Shown in pieces: positions 10,394-20,829 of a DNA stretch of 64,000 nt (within the stretch, counting starts at the first letter, position 1; the number at the start of each line of letters is the position of its first letter). The translations under genes and the position numbers were made by a program. Below the pieces are notes generated by a model. That model was not told the origin of the DNA and made no database searches. It saw only the letters and a program-made list of their open reading frames with translations. The stretch is from positions 199,898 to 263,897 of the forward strand of contig PTJY01000003.1 of NCBI GenBank assembly GCA_002937505.1, in the 5' to 3' direction. Origin of the DNA: Alphaproteobacteria bacterium MarineAlpha12_Bin1 (lineage in GTDB: Bacteria > Pseudomonadota > Alphaproteobacteria > UBA6615).

Positions 10394-10855
10394 ATGCCAC
10401 TTTATGAACACGTATTTATCGCACGACAAGATATTTCAAGCACTCAAGTCGAAGGACTGGTAAGCTCATTTACCGAACTATTAGAAAAAGATGGCGGTAA
10501 AATAGTTAATACAGAATATTGGGGTCTCAAGAACTTAGCTTATCGCATCAAAAAGAACCGAAAAGGGCACTATGTTATGCTGAACATAGAGTCTCCATCA
10601 TCAGGCATTGACGAGCTAGAGAGAACTGAAAGAATCAATGAGGATGTACTAAGGTACTTAACTCTCCGGGTTGAAGCGCATGAAGAAGGCCCATCCATCA
10701 TGGATAGAGGTAAAAAAGATCGCCCCACAAGGGATCGAGATGACTCCTATGGCACGCAGAACGATAACCACCGAGCGGATATTGAACCGCGAGAAAGCAT
10801 TGAGAAGCCAGCTAGCGAATCAGTGAATACTGAGGATGGAGGTAAAGATGAGTGA
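10394..10855 (+). CDS. rpsF: 30S ribosomal protein S6
   Basis: [31 protein letters not shown]; charged C-terminal tail. Confidence 0.98.
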   Translation: MPLYEHVFIARQDISSTQVEGLVSSFTELLEKDGGKIVNTEYWGLKNLAYRIKKNRKGHYVMLNIESPSSGIDELERTERINEDVLRYLTLRVEAHEEGPSIMDRGKKDRPTRDRDDSYGTQNDNHRADIEPRESIEKPASESVNTEDGGKDE

Positions 10856-11105
10856 CGAAAGGCCTGTAGGTGCTGGGGGCGGAAGAAGACCGTTTTTCCG
10901 TCGCAGAAAAACCTGCCCATTCTCCGGACCAAATGCTCCCAAAATAGATTACAAAGATACTAAAACTTTACAACGTTACATATCAGAACGAGGGAAAATA
11001 GTGCCAAGTCGTATAACTGCTGTCTCCTTAAAAAAACAGCGAGAGTTGGCAAGGGCGATAAAGCGGGCCCGTTATCTGGCATTATTACCTTATGTTGTTG
11101 ATTAA
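10848..11105 (+). CDS. rpsR: 30S ribosomal protein S18
   Basis: [32 protein letters not shown]; start at MSDER after GGAGG SD. Confidence 0.98.
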   Translation: MSDERPVGAGGGRRPFFRRRKTCPFSGPNAPKIDYKDTKTLQRYISERGKIVPSRITAVSLKKQRELARAIKRARYLALLPYVVD

Positions 11106-11124
11106 AGACCCTTAGGAGCTTGCT

Positions 11125-11823
11125 ATGGAAGTAATACTGCTTGAAAGAATTGAAAAACTTGGCCAAATGGGGGACGTTGTTAACGTTAAGTCAGGCTATG
11201 CTAGAAACTATTTGCTACCTCAAAAGAAAGCTATGCGAGCCAATAGTAACAATCAGGCAATTTTTGAACAGCAACGTGCAGAACTCGAAGCAGACAACTT
11301 ACAACGTCGTGAAGAGGCTGAATCAGTAGCACAAAAAGTTGAGGGCACAGACATAACTATTATTCGGCAGGCCGGGGATAGTGGACAACTTTATGGATCA
11401 GTATCAGCACGTGATATCGCTAATTCAATCGCCGAAGTGGGCACTAAGATTAATCGGAATCAAGTAATTCTAAATCGTCCTATAAAAGCATTAGGGGTAT
11501 ATGAAACCAAAGTTGCCTTGCATCCAGAGGTTTCAATAAATATTACCGTTAATATAGCAAGAACAGAGGATGAAGCTAAGCAACAGTTAGAAACAGGGGC
11601 TGCATTTGTCAGTGCAGATGATATAGAAGCCATAGAAGAGGCTCCTGCAGCAGATGCAACTGAATCTGCATTGGCAATTGCCGACGATGCGGAAGCGGTT
11701 GCTGAAGCAGCCGAAGGTCTGGTCGAAGAAGAAGTTGCCGAACGCCTTGTTGATGAAGCTACAGCTGATCAAACTGATAGTGATGAGGCTCTACCCACTG
11801 ATGAGCCCGAGGAATCAAAATAA
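11125..11823 (+). CDS. rplI: 50S ribosomal protein L9 with long acidic tail
   Basis: MEVILLER, GYARNYLLP, LYGSVS. Confidence 0.98.
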   Translation: MEVILLERIEKLGQMGDVVNVKSGYARNYLLPQKKAMRANSNNQAIFEQQRAELEADNLQRREEAESVAQKVEGTDITIIRQAGDSGQLYGSVSARDIANSIAEVGTKINRNQVILNRPIKALGVYETKVALHPEVSINITVNIARTEDEAKQQLETGAAFVSADDIEAIEEAPAADATESALAIADDAEAVAEAAEGLVEEEVAERLVDEATADQTDSDEALPTDEPEESK

Positions 11824-12037
11824 GAGCAACTAAAAAGATCATCAAAATATTAATTAAAAGTCTGATGAAACTTACTACTAAAATGCCCCTTAAATATAAC
11901 CAAAAAGCCGAAAACTTAAAATTTTTAGAATTTTATCGTCAGCTACCCCTTTACAATCTATATCTATTTTCTGCTAATTTAGAACTAATTAGCCAAGACT
12001 AAAGTGATTGGCTGAGATTAAGAGGTGGCTTGTTATA

Positions 12038-13270
12038 ATGATGCTCAAACGGTTTCTAAGTAGAATTATTAGAAATGGTGACCTGCGTGTTATTGATTCC
12101 AAAGGCCAAGAGTGGCGTTTTGGTGACCAATCATTGCCAAAAGTAACGATACGCATACATAATAAAAAAACTGAATTTAGAATGCTAGTTCATCCAGAAT
12201 TAGCTGTTGGAGAAGCTTATATGGAAGGCTCCTTAACTATTGAACAAGGGACACTGTATGACTTTCTATCTCTAGCAACACTTAATATTGAATATTTTAA
12301 GACTCATCCGTTTCACAAGTTTCTGGGGGCAGTTAGCAAGTTATTTCGGCGTCTACAGCAACATAACCCAATCGGAAAAGCCAGAAGCAATGTAGCTCAT
12401 CATTACGATTTATCGGATGATTTATATAATCTTTTTCTAGATAAAGATCGCCAGTACTCATGCGCTTATTTTGAAAATAACTCAGTTAATTTAGAGCAGG
12501 CACAAATTGATAAAAAACGTCATATAGCCGCAAAACTATTACTGAATCAAAGGAACCTAAAATTGCTCGATATTGGGTCTGGATGGGGTGGTCTTGGATT
12601 GTATTTAGCAAAACAAACTGGAGCAAAAGTGACAGGGGTTACACTCTCCTCCGAACAACACAAGATAAGCAACGAACGTGCTTCACAAGCAGGAATGTCG
12701 GATTTCACTAACTTTCAATTAATGGACTATAGAGAACAAACTGGGGTTTTTGATCGTATTGTTTCTATAGGAATGTTGGAACACGTTGGCTCTGGCCATT
12801 ACTTAGAATATTTTAATAAGATTCTTGAGCTATTAGATGACGATGGAGTAGGCTTAGTTCACTCAATAGGTAGAATGGATCCGCCAGGAACAACAAATGC
12901 ATGGCTAAGAAAATATATATTTCCAGGGGGGTATACACCAGCACTGTCAGAGGTTCTAGCTGCGGTAGAAAAAGCGGGTTTATGGGTAACAGATGTAGAA
13001 ATACTACGGTTGCACTACGCGGAAACTTTACGACACTGGAGAGATCGTTTTCAGTCTAATCGAGATGAAGCTAAGAGGCTATATGATGAAAAATTCTGTC
13101 GAATGTGGGAGTTCTATCTAGCCAGTTGTGAAATAGGCTTTCGTCAAAATGGCTTAATGGTTTTTCAACTCCAACTTGCCAAAAAACAAGATGCCGTACC
13201 ACTAACGCGCAACTACATAGATGATTGGGAAAGAGGCTTTGAAGATAGAAAAGACAGAGCTGCTGAGTAA
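12038..13270 (+). CDS. cfa: Cyclopropane-fatty-acyl-phospholipid synthase family methyltransferase
   Basis: NVAHHYDLS, YSCAYF, LDIGSGWGG, KYIFPGG, RMWEFYL; start at MMLKRF preferred over TTG 12008. Confidence 0.88.
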   Translation: MMLKRFLSRIIRNGDLRVIDSKGQEWRFGDQSLPKVTIRIHNKKTEFRMLVHPELAVGEAYMEGSLTIEQGTLYDFLSLATLNIEYFKTHPFHKFLGAVSKLFRRLQQHNPIGKARSNVAHHYDLSDDLYNLFLDKDRQYSCAYFENNSVNLEQAQIDKKRHIAAKLLLNQRNLKLLDIGSGWGGLGLYLAKQTGAKVTGVTLSSEQHKISNERASQAGMSDFTNFQLMDYREQTGVFDRIVSIGMLEHVGSGHYLEYFNKILELLDDDGVGLVHSIGRMDPPGTTNAWLRKYIFPGGYTPALSEVLAAVEKAGLWVTDVEILRLHYAETLRHWRDRFQSNRDEAKRLYDEKFCRMWEFYLASCEIGFRQNGLMVFQLQLAKKQDAVPLTRNYIDDWERGFEDRKDRAAE

Positions 13271-13297
13271 CTGCTGTATAGATTTTTATAAAAAATG

Positions 13298-14281
13298 CTA
13301 ATCTAACCTTAGAACAGCACTACCAACTAAAGAATTTTTCTCAACTGCTTCATGTGCTTCCACTATTTTATCCAGGGGAAAAACCTCACCAACCCTATGG
13401 TTAAGTTTTCCTGACATCATCCATTTAGTTATATCAGAAGTCCCTTTAATTTTTTCACCTTCAGGTACATTGAAACATGCCACTATATGGATTGAAGGCC
13501 CCGAACGCAGCAAGGGATAAAAAGGGATTTGAACTTCGGGGACAGCCATTGAGGCATAAGCAGAAATAACACCGTTTGTTTTTAAAACTCTCGAAGAAAT
13601 TTGAAAGTTGCCTCCAAGCTCGACTTCTACAACTCTATCTACACCTTGGCCATCAGTTAGTTCTCTTATCCGAGATATAACGTCTTCCTCTTTATAGTTT
13701 ATTATGTGATGTGCTCCATCTGCTAAAGCTTGTTCTCCCTTTAGGTCTGAGCTAACTGTTCCAATAACCGTTGCCCCATCTAGTGATGCGAACTGTGATG
13801 CGTAGCTACCCACGGACCCAGCTGCTCCGGTTACTAGGACTGTTTTTCCAGATACTGACCCATCAGAAAAAACGGCCTTATGTGCAGTTAAAGCCGGAAT
13901 TCCTATACATGCGCCTTCCTCATAAGTGACTGAATCTGGCATACTGACGGCACGACTAGATAAAATTGTTATGTATTCTGCAGCAGTTCCTAGCCACCTG
14001 CCAAATTGTCCTTCAAAAACCCAAACCCTTTGCCCTAATCTTTCTTGATCCACACCTGGTCCAATTTCTTCAATTATACCAGCTCCATCATAGTGGGGGA
14101 TGGCCTTATCAACATCAAGGTTTCCCCTATTTCCTGCCCTTTTCTTGACATCAAGAGGGTTTATTCCAGAGGCAAACACCCTAACCAAAACCTCTCCCTT
14201 TTTTGGAATAGGTTTCGACAAATCCCCTAATTGAATCACCTCTGCGGCAGGCCCAAATTTAGAATGCCAAGCAGCAAGCAT
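13298..14281 (-). CDS. NADPH:quinone reductase (zeta-crystallin/MDR family)
   Basis: GINPLDVKKRAG, PHYDGAG, GAAGSVG, AHEAVE; no Zn-ligand Cys set. Confidence 0.85.
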   Translation of the reverse strand: MLAAWHSKFGPAAEVIQLGDLSKPIPKKGEVLVRVFASGINPLDVKKRAGNRGNLDVDKAIPHYDGAGIIEEIGPGVDQERLGQRVWVFEGQFGRWLGTAAEYITILSSRAVSMPDSVTYEEGACIGIPALTAHKAVFSDGSVSGKTVLVTGAAGSVGSYASQFASLDGATVIGTVSSDLKGEQALADGAHHIINYKEEDVISRIRELTDGQGVDRVVEVELGGNFQISSRVLKTNGVISAYASMAVPEVQIPFYPLLRSGPSIHIVACFNVPEGEKIKGTSDITKWMMSGKLNHRVGEVFPLDKIVEAHEAVEKNSLVGSAVLRLD

Positions 14282-14478
14282 ACTTTTTCTCCACTAATGA
14301 ATATAAAAAGAACAATGTATAGTTTTATAAAGAAATTAAACTCGGTCTAGTATTAAAATAGATTAATTACCAGCATCTTAACAAGTTTAGAATAGCAAGC
14401 ATGAAATTTAGGAGATTATCCTCAGGTTTCAGCAAACTCACGTAAAGCTATGGAACAGTTTGTCCTAAAGTACTGTTA

Positions 14479-16026
14479 ATGTATTTAACTATGATGACAA
14501 GCGATACAAGTGATTTAGAAAATTCACCTAATAATATAACCCCCTTACGCGAAGATAGGGATGATGTCAGTTTTAAAGTTATGCCCCATAACTATGAGGC
14601 TGAAATGGCACTGATCGGGGCTATTTTAACAAACAATAGAGCTTACGAACGAGTTCAGGAATTTCTTCTTCCTGAGCATTTCGCAGATCCTGCACATGCT
14701 AAAGTTTATGAATCATGTGCAACGCTTATTGATCGCGGACAATTGGCAGATCCTGTTACACTTAAAAACTATTTTACTAATGAGGCATCATTGGAACAAG
14801 TTGGTGGCCAAAGCTATATAGCTGAGTTAGCCAACAGTGTTATCACCATCCAGAATTCTCAAGACTTAGGTCGAGAAATCTATGACTGCTTTTTAAGAAG
14901 AGAGCTAATAGAAATTGGAGAAATACTGACTAATAACGCTTTTGACCATGATTTAGATATCCCCGCAACTCAGCAGATTGAAGTGGCTGAAAGTCACCTA
15001 TTTGAACTTGCCGAAAAGGGAACCAGTGAGAGCGGTTTTCAAGAGTTTAAAACTGCAATTACTTCAGCCATTGACCTAGCTGCTGCTGCTTACAGAAAAG
15101 ATACTGACCTAGTCGGCGTCCCCTCTGGTTTTAAAGATATAGACAGACTACTTGGTGGCTTTCATCGCTCAGACCTTGTAATAATCGCTGGCAGACCTTC
15201 TATGGGGAAAACTGCCTTGGCCACGAATATAGCTTATAACGCAGCCTCTTCAGTTAATAGAAGCCTTGACACAGAAGGAAATGAAATTGAGGAAAGAGAA
15301 GTAGTCGCTTTTTTTTCTCTTGAAATGTCAGCGGAACAGTTAGCGACCCGCATAATTTCAGAGCAAGCACATGTTCGCTCAGACTCTATACGCAGGGGCG
15401 ATGTAAGTGAAGAGGAATACAATAGGGTTTTTGTCGTTTCGCAAGCTTTGCACAAGCTTAAGCTCTTTATTGATGACACTCCAGCACTAACCGTTTCACA
15501 AATAAGGACGCGCGCTAGACGTTTAAAAAGACAAAATGGGCTAAGCATGATCATAGTCGACTACCTACAATTAGTGGCACCTCCAGGTAATTCTCGAAAT
15601 GAAAATCGAGTTCAAGAAGTTTCTGTTATTACTAGATCTTTAAAGGCACTTGCCAAAGAGTTAAACGTACCTGTAATTGCCCTAAGCCAACTGTCTCGGG
15701 CTGTTGAACAACGCGAAGAAAAACGCCCACAATTATCTGATCTCCGTGAATCTGGTTCAATTGAGCAGGATTCTGATGTTGTGATGTTTTTGTACAGAGA
15801 AGAGTATTATCTTGATAGGGAATCAAGAGATCAAAGAGAGCACGAGACAGACGAAAAATTTGCGAAAAGACTAGAAAGGCTAGAAAACTCAAGAAATAAG
15901 GCTGAAGTCATAGTAGGCAAGCAAAGACACGGGCCTATAGGCACTGCACATTTGCGTTTTAATGGAGACTTTACGCAATTTTCCGATTTAGCTTTAGATG
16001 ATCGAATTCCCGAAGACAGGCACTGA
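14479..16026 (+). CDS. dnaB: Replicative DNA helicase
   Basis: PHNYEAE, AGRPSMGKT, FSLEMS, IVDYLQL, SQLSR, DLRESGSIEQD, KQRHGP. Confidence 0.98.
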   Translation: MYLTMMTSDTSDLENSPNNITPLREDRDDVSFKVMPHNYEAEMALIGAILTNNRAYERVQEFLLPEHFADPAHAKVYESCATLIDRGQLADPVTLKNYFTNEASLEQVGGQSYIAELANSVITIQNSQDLGREIYDCFLRRELIEIGEILTNNAFDHDLDIPATQQIEVAESHLFELAEKGTSESGFQEFKTAITSAIDLAAAAYRKDTDLVGVPSGFKDIDRLLGGFHRSDLVIIAGRPSMGKTALATNIAYNAASSVNRSLDTEGNEIEEREVVAFFSLEMSAEQLATRIISEQAHVRSDSIRRGDVSEEEYNRVFVVSQALHKLKLFIDDTPALTVSQIRTRARRLKRQNGLSMIIVDYLQLVAPPGNSRNENRVQEVSVITRSLKALAKELNVPVIALSQLSRAVEQREEKRPQLSDLRESGSIEQDSDVVMFLYREEYYLDRESRDQREHETDEKFAKRLERLENSRNKAEVIVGKQRHGPIGTAHLRFNGDFTQFSDLALDDRIPEDRH

Positions 16027-16029
16027 CGA

Positions 16030-17187
16030 TTGATTCTACAAGATCTTAAAATTCCTGGATCTGCAAGCTCAGTTCTAATAATAGATCTTGAAGCTATTAA
16101 ATCAAATTTTACATATCTACAAAAAAAAGTCTCTAAAGTTGAAGTAGGTGTTTCTATTAAATCTGATGCCTACGGGCTAGGTGCAAAGGCCGTGGGTAAA
16201 TTATTATCAGCAGCAGGTTGTAAAACTTTTTTTGTGTCTACTATAAGCGAGGGTATGGATCTACGAGAGATACTCCCTAGCTCCAGAATCATTGTTCTTA
16301 ATGGACCAGATAGAGATAGCAGTAAAATGTTTGTTGAGAATTCTCTAACCCCAGTTTTAAATAGCCTAAACCAAATAGATATTTGGCATAAAGAAACGCA
16401 ACAAAATCCAAACAATCTATCTTATTTACACGTAGACACTGGAATGACTCGCCTTGGACTTAACGATAAAGAGATAAATAAATTATTTTCTAAAGATGAC
16501 CTTCTTAATGACCTTAAGATAGAGGTGCTCATGAGTCATCTCGCATGTGCAGAAGAAGCTAATTCACAAAAAAATGAAGAACAACTAGAAAAGCTTATAG
16601 TTATTAAAGAAAAGTTATCACCTCTTATAGGATCCGTAAGAACTAGTTTAGCCAATTCTGCGGGCATATTTTTAGGTTCAGATTTTCACCTTGATTTAGT
16701 GCGAGCAGGCGCCTTTATTTATGGTTTGAATAAAAAAGATAGTGGACAGGATTCCTCAAAGCCAGTAATCCGAGTGTTTGCCAAAATAATACAAGTTCAA
16801 GAAGTTGATAGTCCAAGTACTGTTGGTTATGGGGCAACTCATGAAATTAGCCGCCTAACCAGGATAGCAACTGTGGCGACTGGTTATGCAGATGGATATA
16901 TTAGATCTTCAGGGCAAACTTATAAAAAGGAAAATAAAAATACAGCCAAAGTATATTTTGGTAATATGTCAGCTCCAATAATTGGAAGAGTTTCTATGGA
17001 CTTATTAACCATTGATGTGAGCGATCTTCCCGATCATCTAGTTCAACCAGGCGGATACGCTGAACTAATCGGTAATAATTATACTGTGGATGACTTGGCA
17101 GAAGTCTCTGGCACAATTGGCTATGAAATACTTGTACGACTAGGTCGGAGACACCATCGTGTATTTGTAGGTGGAGATGGCATATGA
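16030..17187 (+). CDS. alr: Alanine racemase
   Basis: IKSDAYGLG PLP lysine, DTGMTRLG, SHLACA, GYADG, GRVSMD, TIGYE. Confidence 0.95.
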   Translation: MILQDLKIPGSASSVLIIDLEAIKSNFTYLQKKVSKVEVGVSIKSDAYGLGAKAVGKLLSAAGCKTFFVSTISEGMDLREILPSSRIIVLNGPDRDSSKMFVENSLTPVLNSLNQIDIWHKETQQNPNNLSYLHVDTGMTRLGLNDKEINKLFSKDDLLNDLKIEVLMSHLACAEEANSQKNEEQLEKLIVIKEKLSPLIGSVRTSLANSAGIFLGSDFHLDLVRAGAFIYGLNKKDSGQDSSKPVIRVFAKIIQVQEVDSPSTVGYGATHEISRLTRIATVATGYADGYIRSSGQTYKKENKNTAKVYFGNMSAPIIGRVSMDLLTIDVSDLPDHLVQPGGYAELIGNNYTVDDLAEVSGTIGYEILVRLGRRHHRVFVGGDGI

Positions 17188-17957
17188 TCCTATTAATGAG
17201 ATCACTAGGCCATTCTTTGGTTAATTTTTTTGCTTCAATAGGAAAAATTGGAATTTTTACCCTGAGAGCTGTTTTTCATTCTTGCAATCCTCCATTTTAC
17301 CCTAATCTGATTCTAAAACAGATGATTGAAATAGGGTTTTACTCACTTCCAGTTGTAGCGCTAACCGCAATATTTTCGGGCATGGTTATAGCACTTCAAA
17401 GCTCTAGCGGATTTAGTTTGGGTGGTGAGAAGGCTATAGCTAACGTGGTCGTTTGGGGAATTACTCGTGAGCTTGGACCCGTGTTGGCTGGGTTAATGGT
17501 TGCGGGAAGAATCGGAGCCTCAATCGCAGCAGAGATAGGCACGATGAGAGTGAGCGAACAAATAGATGCCCTAGAAACACTATCAACCAATCCCTTTAAG
17601 TTTTTGATTGGCCCTCGAGTAATCGCCGGAGTAATAATGCTGCCTTTACTTGTTATTGTTGCAGATATAATAGGAATTATGGGTGGATTTATAATTGCCA
17701 CCTTTGATCTTGGTTTTAACCCTGATTCATATATTCGTAATACTTGGACTAGCTTCGAGTTTATTGGTTTTATTTCAGGAATAGTAAAAGCAGCTGTTTT
17801 TGGCTTCATCATAACAATAATGGGAGCTTATCATGGCTACTATGCAAAAGGAGGTTCTCAAGGAGTGGGCCAAGCCACAACTAACGCTGTAGTATCAGCT
17901 TCGATCTTATTGTTATTATTTAATTTTATTTTAACGGCAATATTTTTTGCACAATGA
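17184..17957 (+). CDS. mlaE: MlaE-family lipid ABC transporter permease
   Basis: RELGPVL, AAEIGTMRVSEQIDAL, GVGQATTNAVV. Confidence 0.93.
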   Translation: MILLMRSLGHSLVNFFASIGKIGIFTLRAVFHSCNPPFYPNLILKQMIEIGFYSLPVVALTAIFSGMVIALQSSSGFSLGGEKAIANVVVWGITRELGPVLAGLMVAGRIGASIAAEIGTMRVSEQIDALETLSTNPFKFLIGPRVIAGVIMLPLLVIVADIIGIMGGFIIATFDLGFNPDSYIRNTWTSFEFIGFISGIVKAAVFGFIITIMGAYHGYYAKGGSQGVGQATTNAVVSASILLLLFNFILTAIFFAQ

Positions 17958-18736
17958 ACACTATTAGACCAGAAATAAAAATTTGTTTACGTAACTTAAG
18001 TAAATCTTTTGGTAATAAAATTGTGTTAGATAATATAAACCTCACAATACAAAAGGGTGAATCTATTGCAATAATTGGTGGGTCTGGGACAGGAAAATCA
18101 GTGTTACTTAAAAGTATTATTGGGTTGGTGAAACCCGATTCAGGTTCTTTACGAATTGATGGAAAGGAAACTTCCATGCTGACCCATAAGGAAAGAATGC
18201 TGTTCAATACTAGGTTTGGAGTACTTTTTCAGGGAGGAGCTTTATTTGACAGCCTAACAATATGGGAAAATATTGCATTTGGTTTAATGCAAGAAAAAAA
18301 ACTTAATAAAAAAAATGCAAAAGAAAAGGCTATCCAAATAATGTCAGAAGTCGAACTGGATGCCAGTGTATCAAACAGCTACCCAAGTGAATTGTCAGGT
18401 GGAATGCAAAAACGTGTTGCACTAGCACGAGCTATCGCTACTGAACCGGAAATCTTAATTTTTGACGAACCTACAACTGGGTTAGACCCTGTAACGAGTA
18501 ATGTTATAAACGATCTAATTATTAAAAGTGTAAATGTTTTGGGCGCAACTGCTATATCTGTCAGCCATGATATAGCTAGCGTAAAAAAAATTGCCGATAA
18601 TGTCGCACTACTCCATGAAGGTCATTTTGTATGGCAAGGCCCTGCTGACAAAATAGAAAAATCACAAAATGATTACGTTAGAAACTTTGTTAACGGAGTA
18701 TCAAATAATCAATCACTTCCATCAGGCAGGTCATAA
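17954..18736 (+). CDS. mlaF: MlaF-family ABC ATPase
   Basis: GGSGTGKS, FQGGALFDS, LSGGMQKRVALARA, DEPTTGLDP; coupled to mlaE. Confidence 0.92.
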   Translation: MNTIRPEIKICLRNLSKSFGNKIVLDNINLTIQKGESIAIIGGSGTGKSVLLKSIIGLVKPDSGSLRIDGKETSMLTHKERMLFNTRFGVLFQGGALFDSLTIWENIAFGLMQEKKLNKKNAKEKAIQIMSEVELDASVSNSYPSELSGGMQKRVALARAIATEPEILIFDEPTTGLDPVTSNVINDLIIKSVNVLGATAISVSHDIASVKKIADNVALLHEGHFVWQGPADKIEKSQNDYVRNFVNGVSNNQSLPSGRS

Positions 18737-18738
18737 CC

Positions 18739-20115
18739 ATGGCACGTCAAAATAATTCTTTTGCATGTCAACAATGTGGAGCCAGCCATGGAAAATGGAC
18801 AGGTAAATGCGACAATTGTGGGGTTTGGAACTCCATAACCGAACAACCAGCTTTAAGTCATAAATTAAGAGGTGTTTCACAAAAAGGAATAAAAAAACTC
18901 GAATTCTTATCTCTTGTAGGAAAAGAAATAAATGAGCCTAGACTTAGTACTGGAATAACTGAATTTGATAGAGTTTGTGGAGGAGGACTTGTGCCTGGTT
19001 CCGCACTTCTAGTGGGAGGAGATCCGGGAATTGGAAAGTCTACACTACTACTTCAAACAGTTTCATCTTTAGCAGACTCGGGAATTCCTATAGCTTATAT
19101 ATCAGGTGAAGAAGGCGTGGATCAGATACGCCTCAGAGCAAGCCGACTTGGTTTGTTTAGTTCGTCTGTAGGTCTAGCTTCTGCAACAAATATACTTGAT
19201 ATAATAGCAACTTTAGATGTGGAAGAAGGTCCTAAGGTTGCTGTTATCGACTCTATACAAACCATGTATGTAGAAGGCGTTGATTCAGCCCCTGGAACCG
19301 TAGCTCAGGTTAGAAGTTCTGCGCAGGAATTAATTAGTTTAGCTAAACGGCGTCTATTAATTCTACTTTTAGTCGGTCATGTTACTAAAGAGGGGGCAAT
19401 AGCTGGACCTCGTGTTCTTGAACATATGGTTGATACAGTGCTTTATTTTGAAGGAGAGCGGACTCAACATTTTCGACTTTTAAGAACTGTAAAAAATCGT
19501 TACGGACCAACAGATGAAATTGGGGTTTTTGAAATGACTGGATCTGGTCTGGCTGAAGTAACAAATCCTTCAGAACTTTTCTTAACAGGACATAGTGACC
19601 AGGTTCATGGGACTACAGTTTTCGCCGGCATAGAAGGAACCCGTCCCGTTTTAGTCGAAATACAAGCCCTAGTGTCACCCACAGCTTTTGGAACTGCTAG
19701 GCGAGCAGTTGTAGGATGGGATAGCGCTCGTTTGTCAATGATACTAGCAGTCTTACAAAGTAGATTTGGAATGAATCTTGGCTCATCTGATGTTTATTTG
19801 AATGTAGCTGGGGGCTTACGTATCACTGAACCTGCTGCTGACTTAGCTGTTGCGGCAGCTATTATTTCTGCTCAACTAGGGCAAGCGTTACCAAAAAGAA
19901 CGGTTATTTTTGGCGAACTAGGACTAGGGGGAGAAATACGCGTTATCGGACAATCGTTAACAAGGTTAAAGGAAGCTGAAAAACTAGGTTTTAAAAATGC
20001 TATTCTTCCACATTTTCCAGTAGGAGTAGAAAAAAATTTAAAATCAGAAATAGGCCTTAATCTTAATAATATTTCACTACTGCAGGATTTATCTACTATC
20101 TTTGATATAAAATAA
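18739..20115 (+). CDS. radA: DNA repair protein RadA/Sms
   Basis: C4 zinc finger, GDPGIGKST, KNRYG motif, Lon-like C-terminus. Confidence 0.97.
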   Translation: MARQNNSFACQQCGASHGKWTGKCDNCGVWNSITEQPALSHKLRGVSQKGIKKLEFLSLVGKEINEPRLSTGITEFDRVCGGGLVPGSALLVGGDPGIGKSTLLLQTVSSLADSGIPIAYISGEEGVDQIRLRASRLGLFSSSVGLASATNILDIIATLDVEEGPKVAVIDSIQTMYVEGVDSAPGTVAQVRSSAQELISLAKRRLLILLLVGHVTKEGAIAGPRVLEHMVDTVLYFEGERTQHFRLLRTVKNRYGPTDEIGVFEMTGSGLAEVTNPSELFLTGHSDQVHGTTVFAGIEGTRPVLVEIQALVSPTAFGTARRAVVGWDSARLSMILAVLQSRFGMNLGSSDVYLNVAGGLRITEPAADLAVAAAIISAQLGQALPKRTVIFGELGLGGEIRVIGQSLTRLKEAEKLGFKNAILPHFPVGVEKNLKSEIGLNLNNISLLQDLSTIFDIK

Positions 20116-20140
20116 TAACACAATATAGTGATGATATAGA

Positions 20141-20809
20141 ATGGAAAACTTGGGTATATCGCCTTTAGATCTGATAGTTCTCGGAATTCTAATTTTCGGA
20201 GCATTGACCGGCCTAGTCACAGGTTTTGTTCGTGGAGGCCTTTTTCTTTTATCGTGGGCGGGAGCTATTATTATTACTATTTATGGCTTTTCAAGTATCA
20301 CCATTTATTCTCGTAAATATATTGAAAATGAGCTATTAGCCGATATAGTTGGCGGTGCAGTAGTTTTCCTAGTATCACTAGTTATTCTCCATCTGATAAG
20401 TCAAATGCTTAGTAGCTGGGTTAGATCAGGCAGTTTAAACGCAATTGATAGGTCATTTGGACTTTTAGCTGGCATAATCACCACCGCTGTAGCTTTAGCG
20501 GTAGTAAATCTATTTGTTTTTAATGATAGCTGGAGAGCGTCCCCTCCGGACTGGGCAAAAAACTCTCGCAGCAGACCAGTTATCGACTCAGCTTCACTTT
20601 TGATAAGAGATTTACTTCCCAGTTCCATATTAGGAAGCACAAGTAAAGGTCTAAACGAAATACGTGCTAGAACAAAGTCAATAGAAGAAACTAAAAACGC
20701 CTTAGATAGGCTCTCAAAACCACCAAAGTTATTATCTGCCCCCAAGAAACAGGGCTACAGTGAGCCTGAGAGACAGGAGCTGGATCGCTTGATCCAGAAA
20801 AATAATTAA
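20141..20809 (+). CDS. cvpA: CvpA (colicin V production) family membrane protein
   Basis: Four hydrophobic segments, DRSFG motif; conserved position between radA and purF. Confidence 0.88.
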   Translation: MENLGISPLDLIVLGILIFGALTGLVTGFVRGGLFLLSWAGAIIITIYGFSSITIYSRKYIENELLADIVGGAVVFLVSLVILHLISQMLSSWVRSGSLNAIDRSFGLLAGIITTAVALAVVNLFVFNDSWRASPPDWAKNSRSRPVIDSASLLIRDLLPSSILGSTSKGLNEIRARTKSIEETKNALDRLSKPPKLLSAPKKQGYSEPERQELDRLIQKNN

Positions 20810-20829
20810 AGCGAAGTAAAATAAGAAGA

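Noticed and set aside
14479-16026. Intein in DnaB
   Set aside because: Length is normal (515 aa) and the helicase motifs are contiguous; only a short loop insertion is present.
17184-18736. mlaEF without mlaD as a broken system
   Set aside because: alr-mlaE-mlaF-radA with mlaD elsewhere is a common alphaproteobacterial arrangement.
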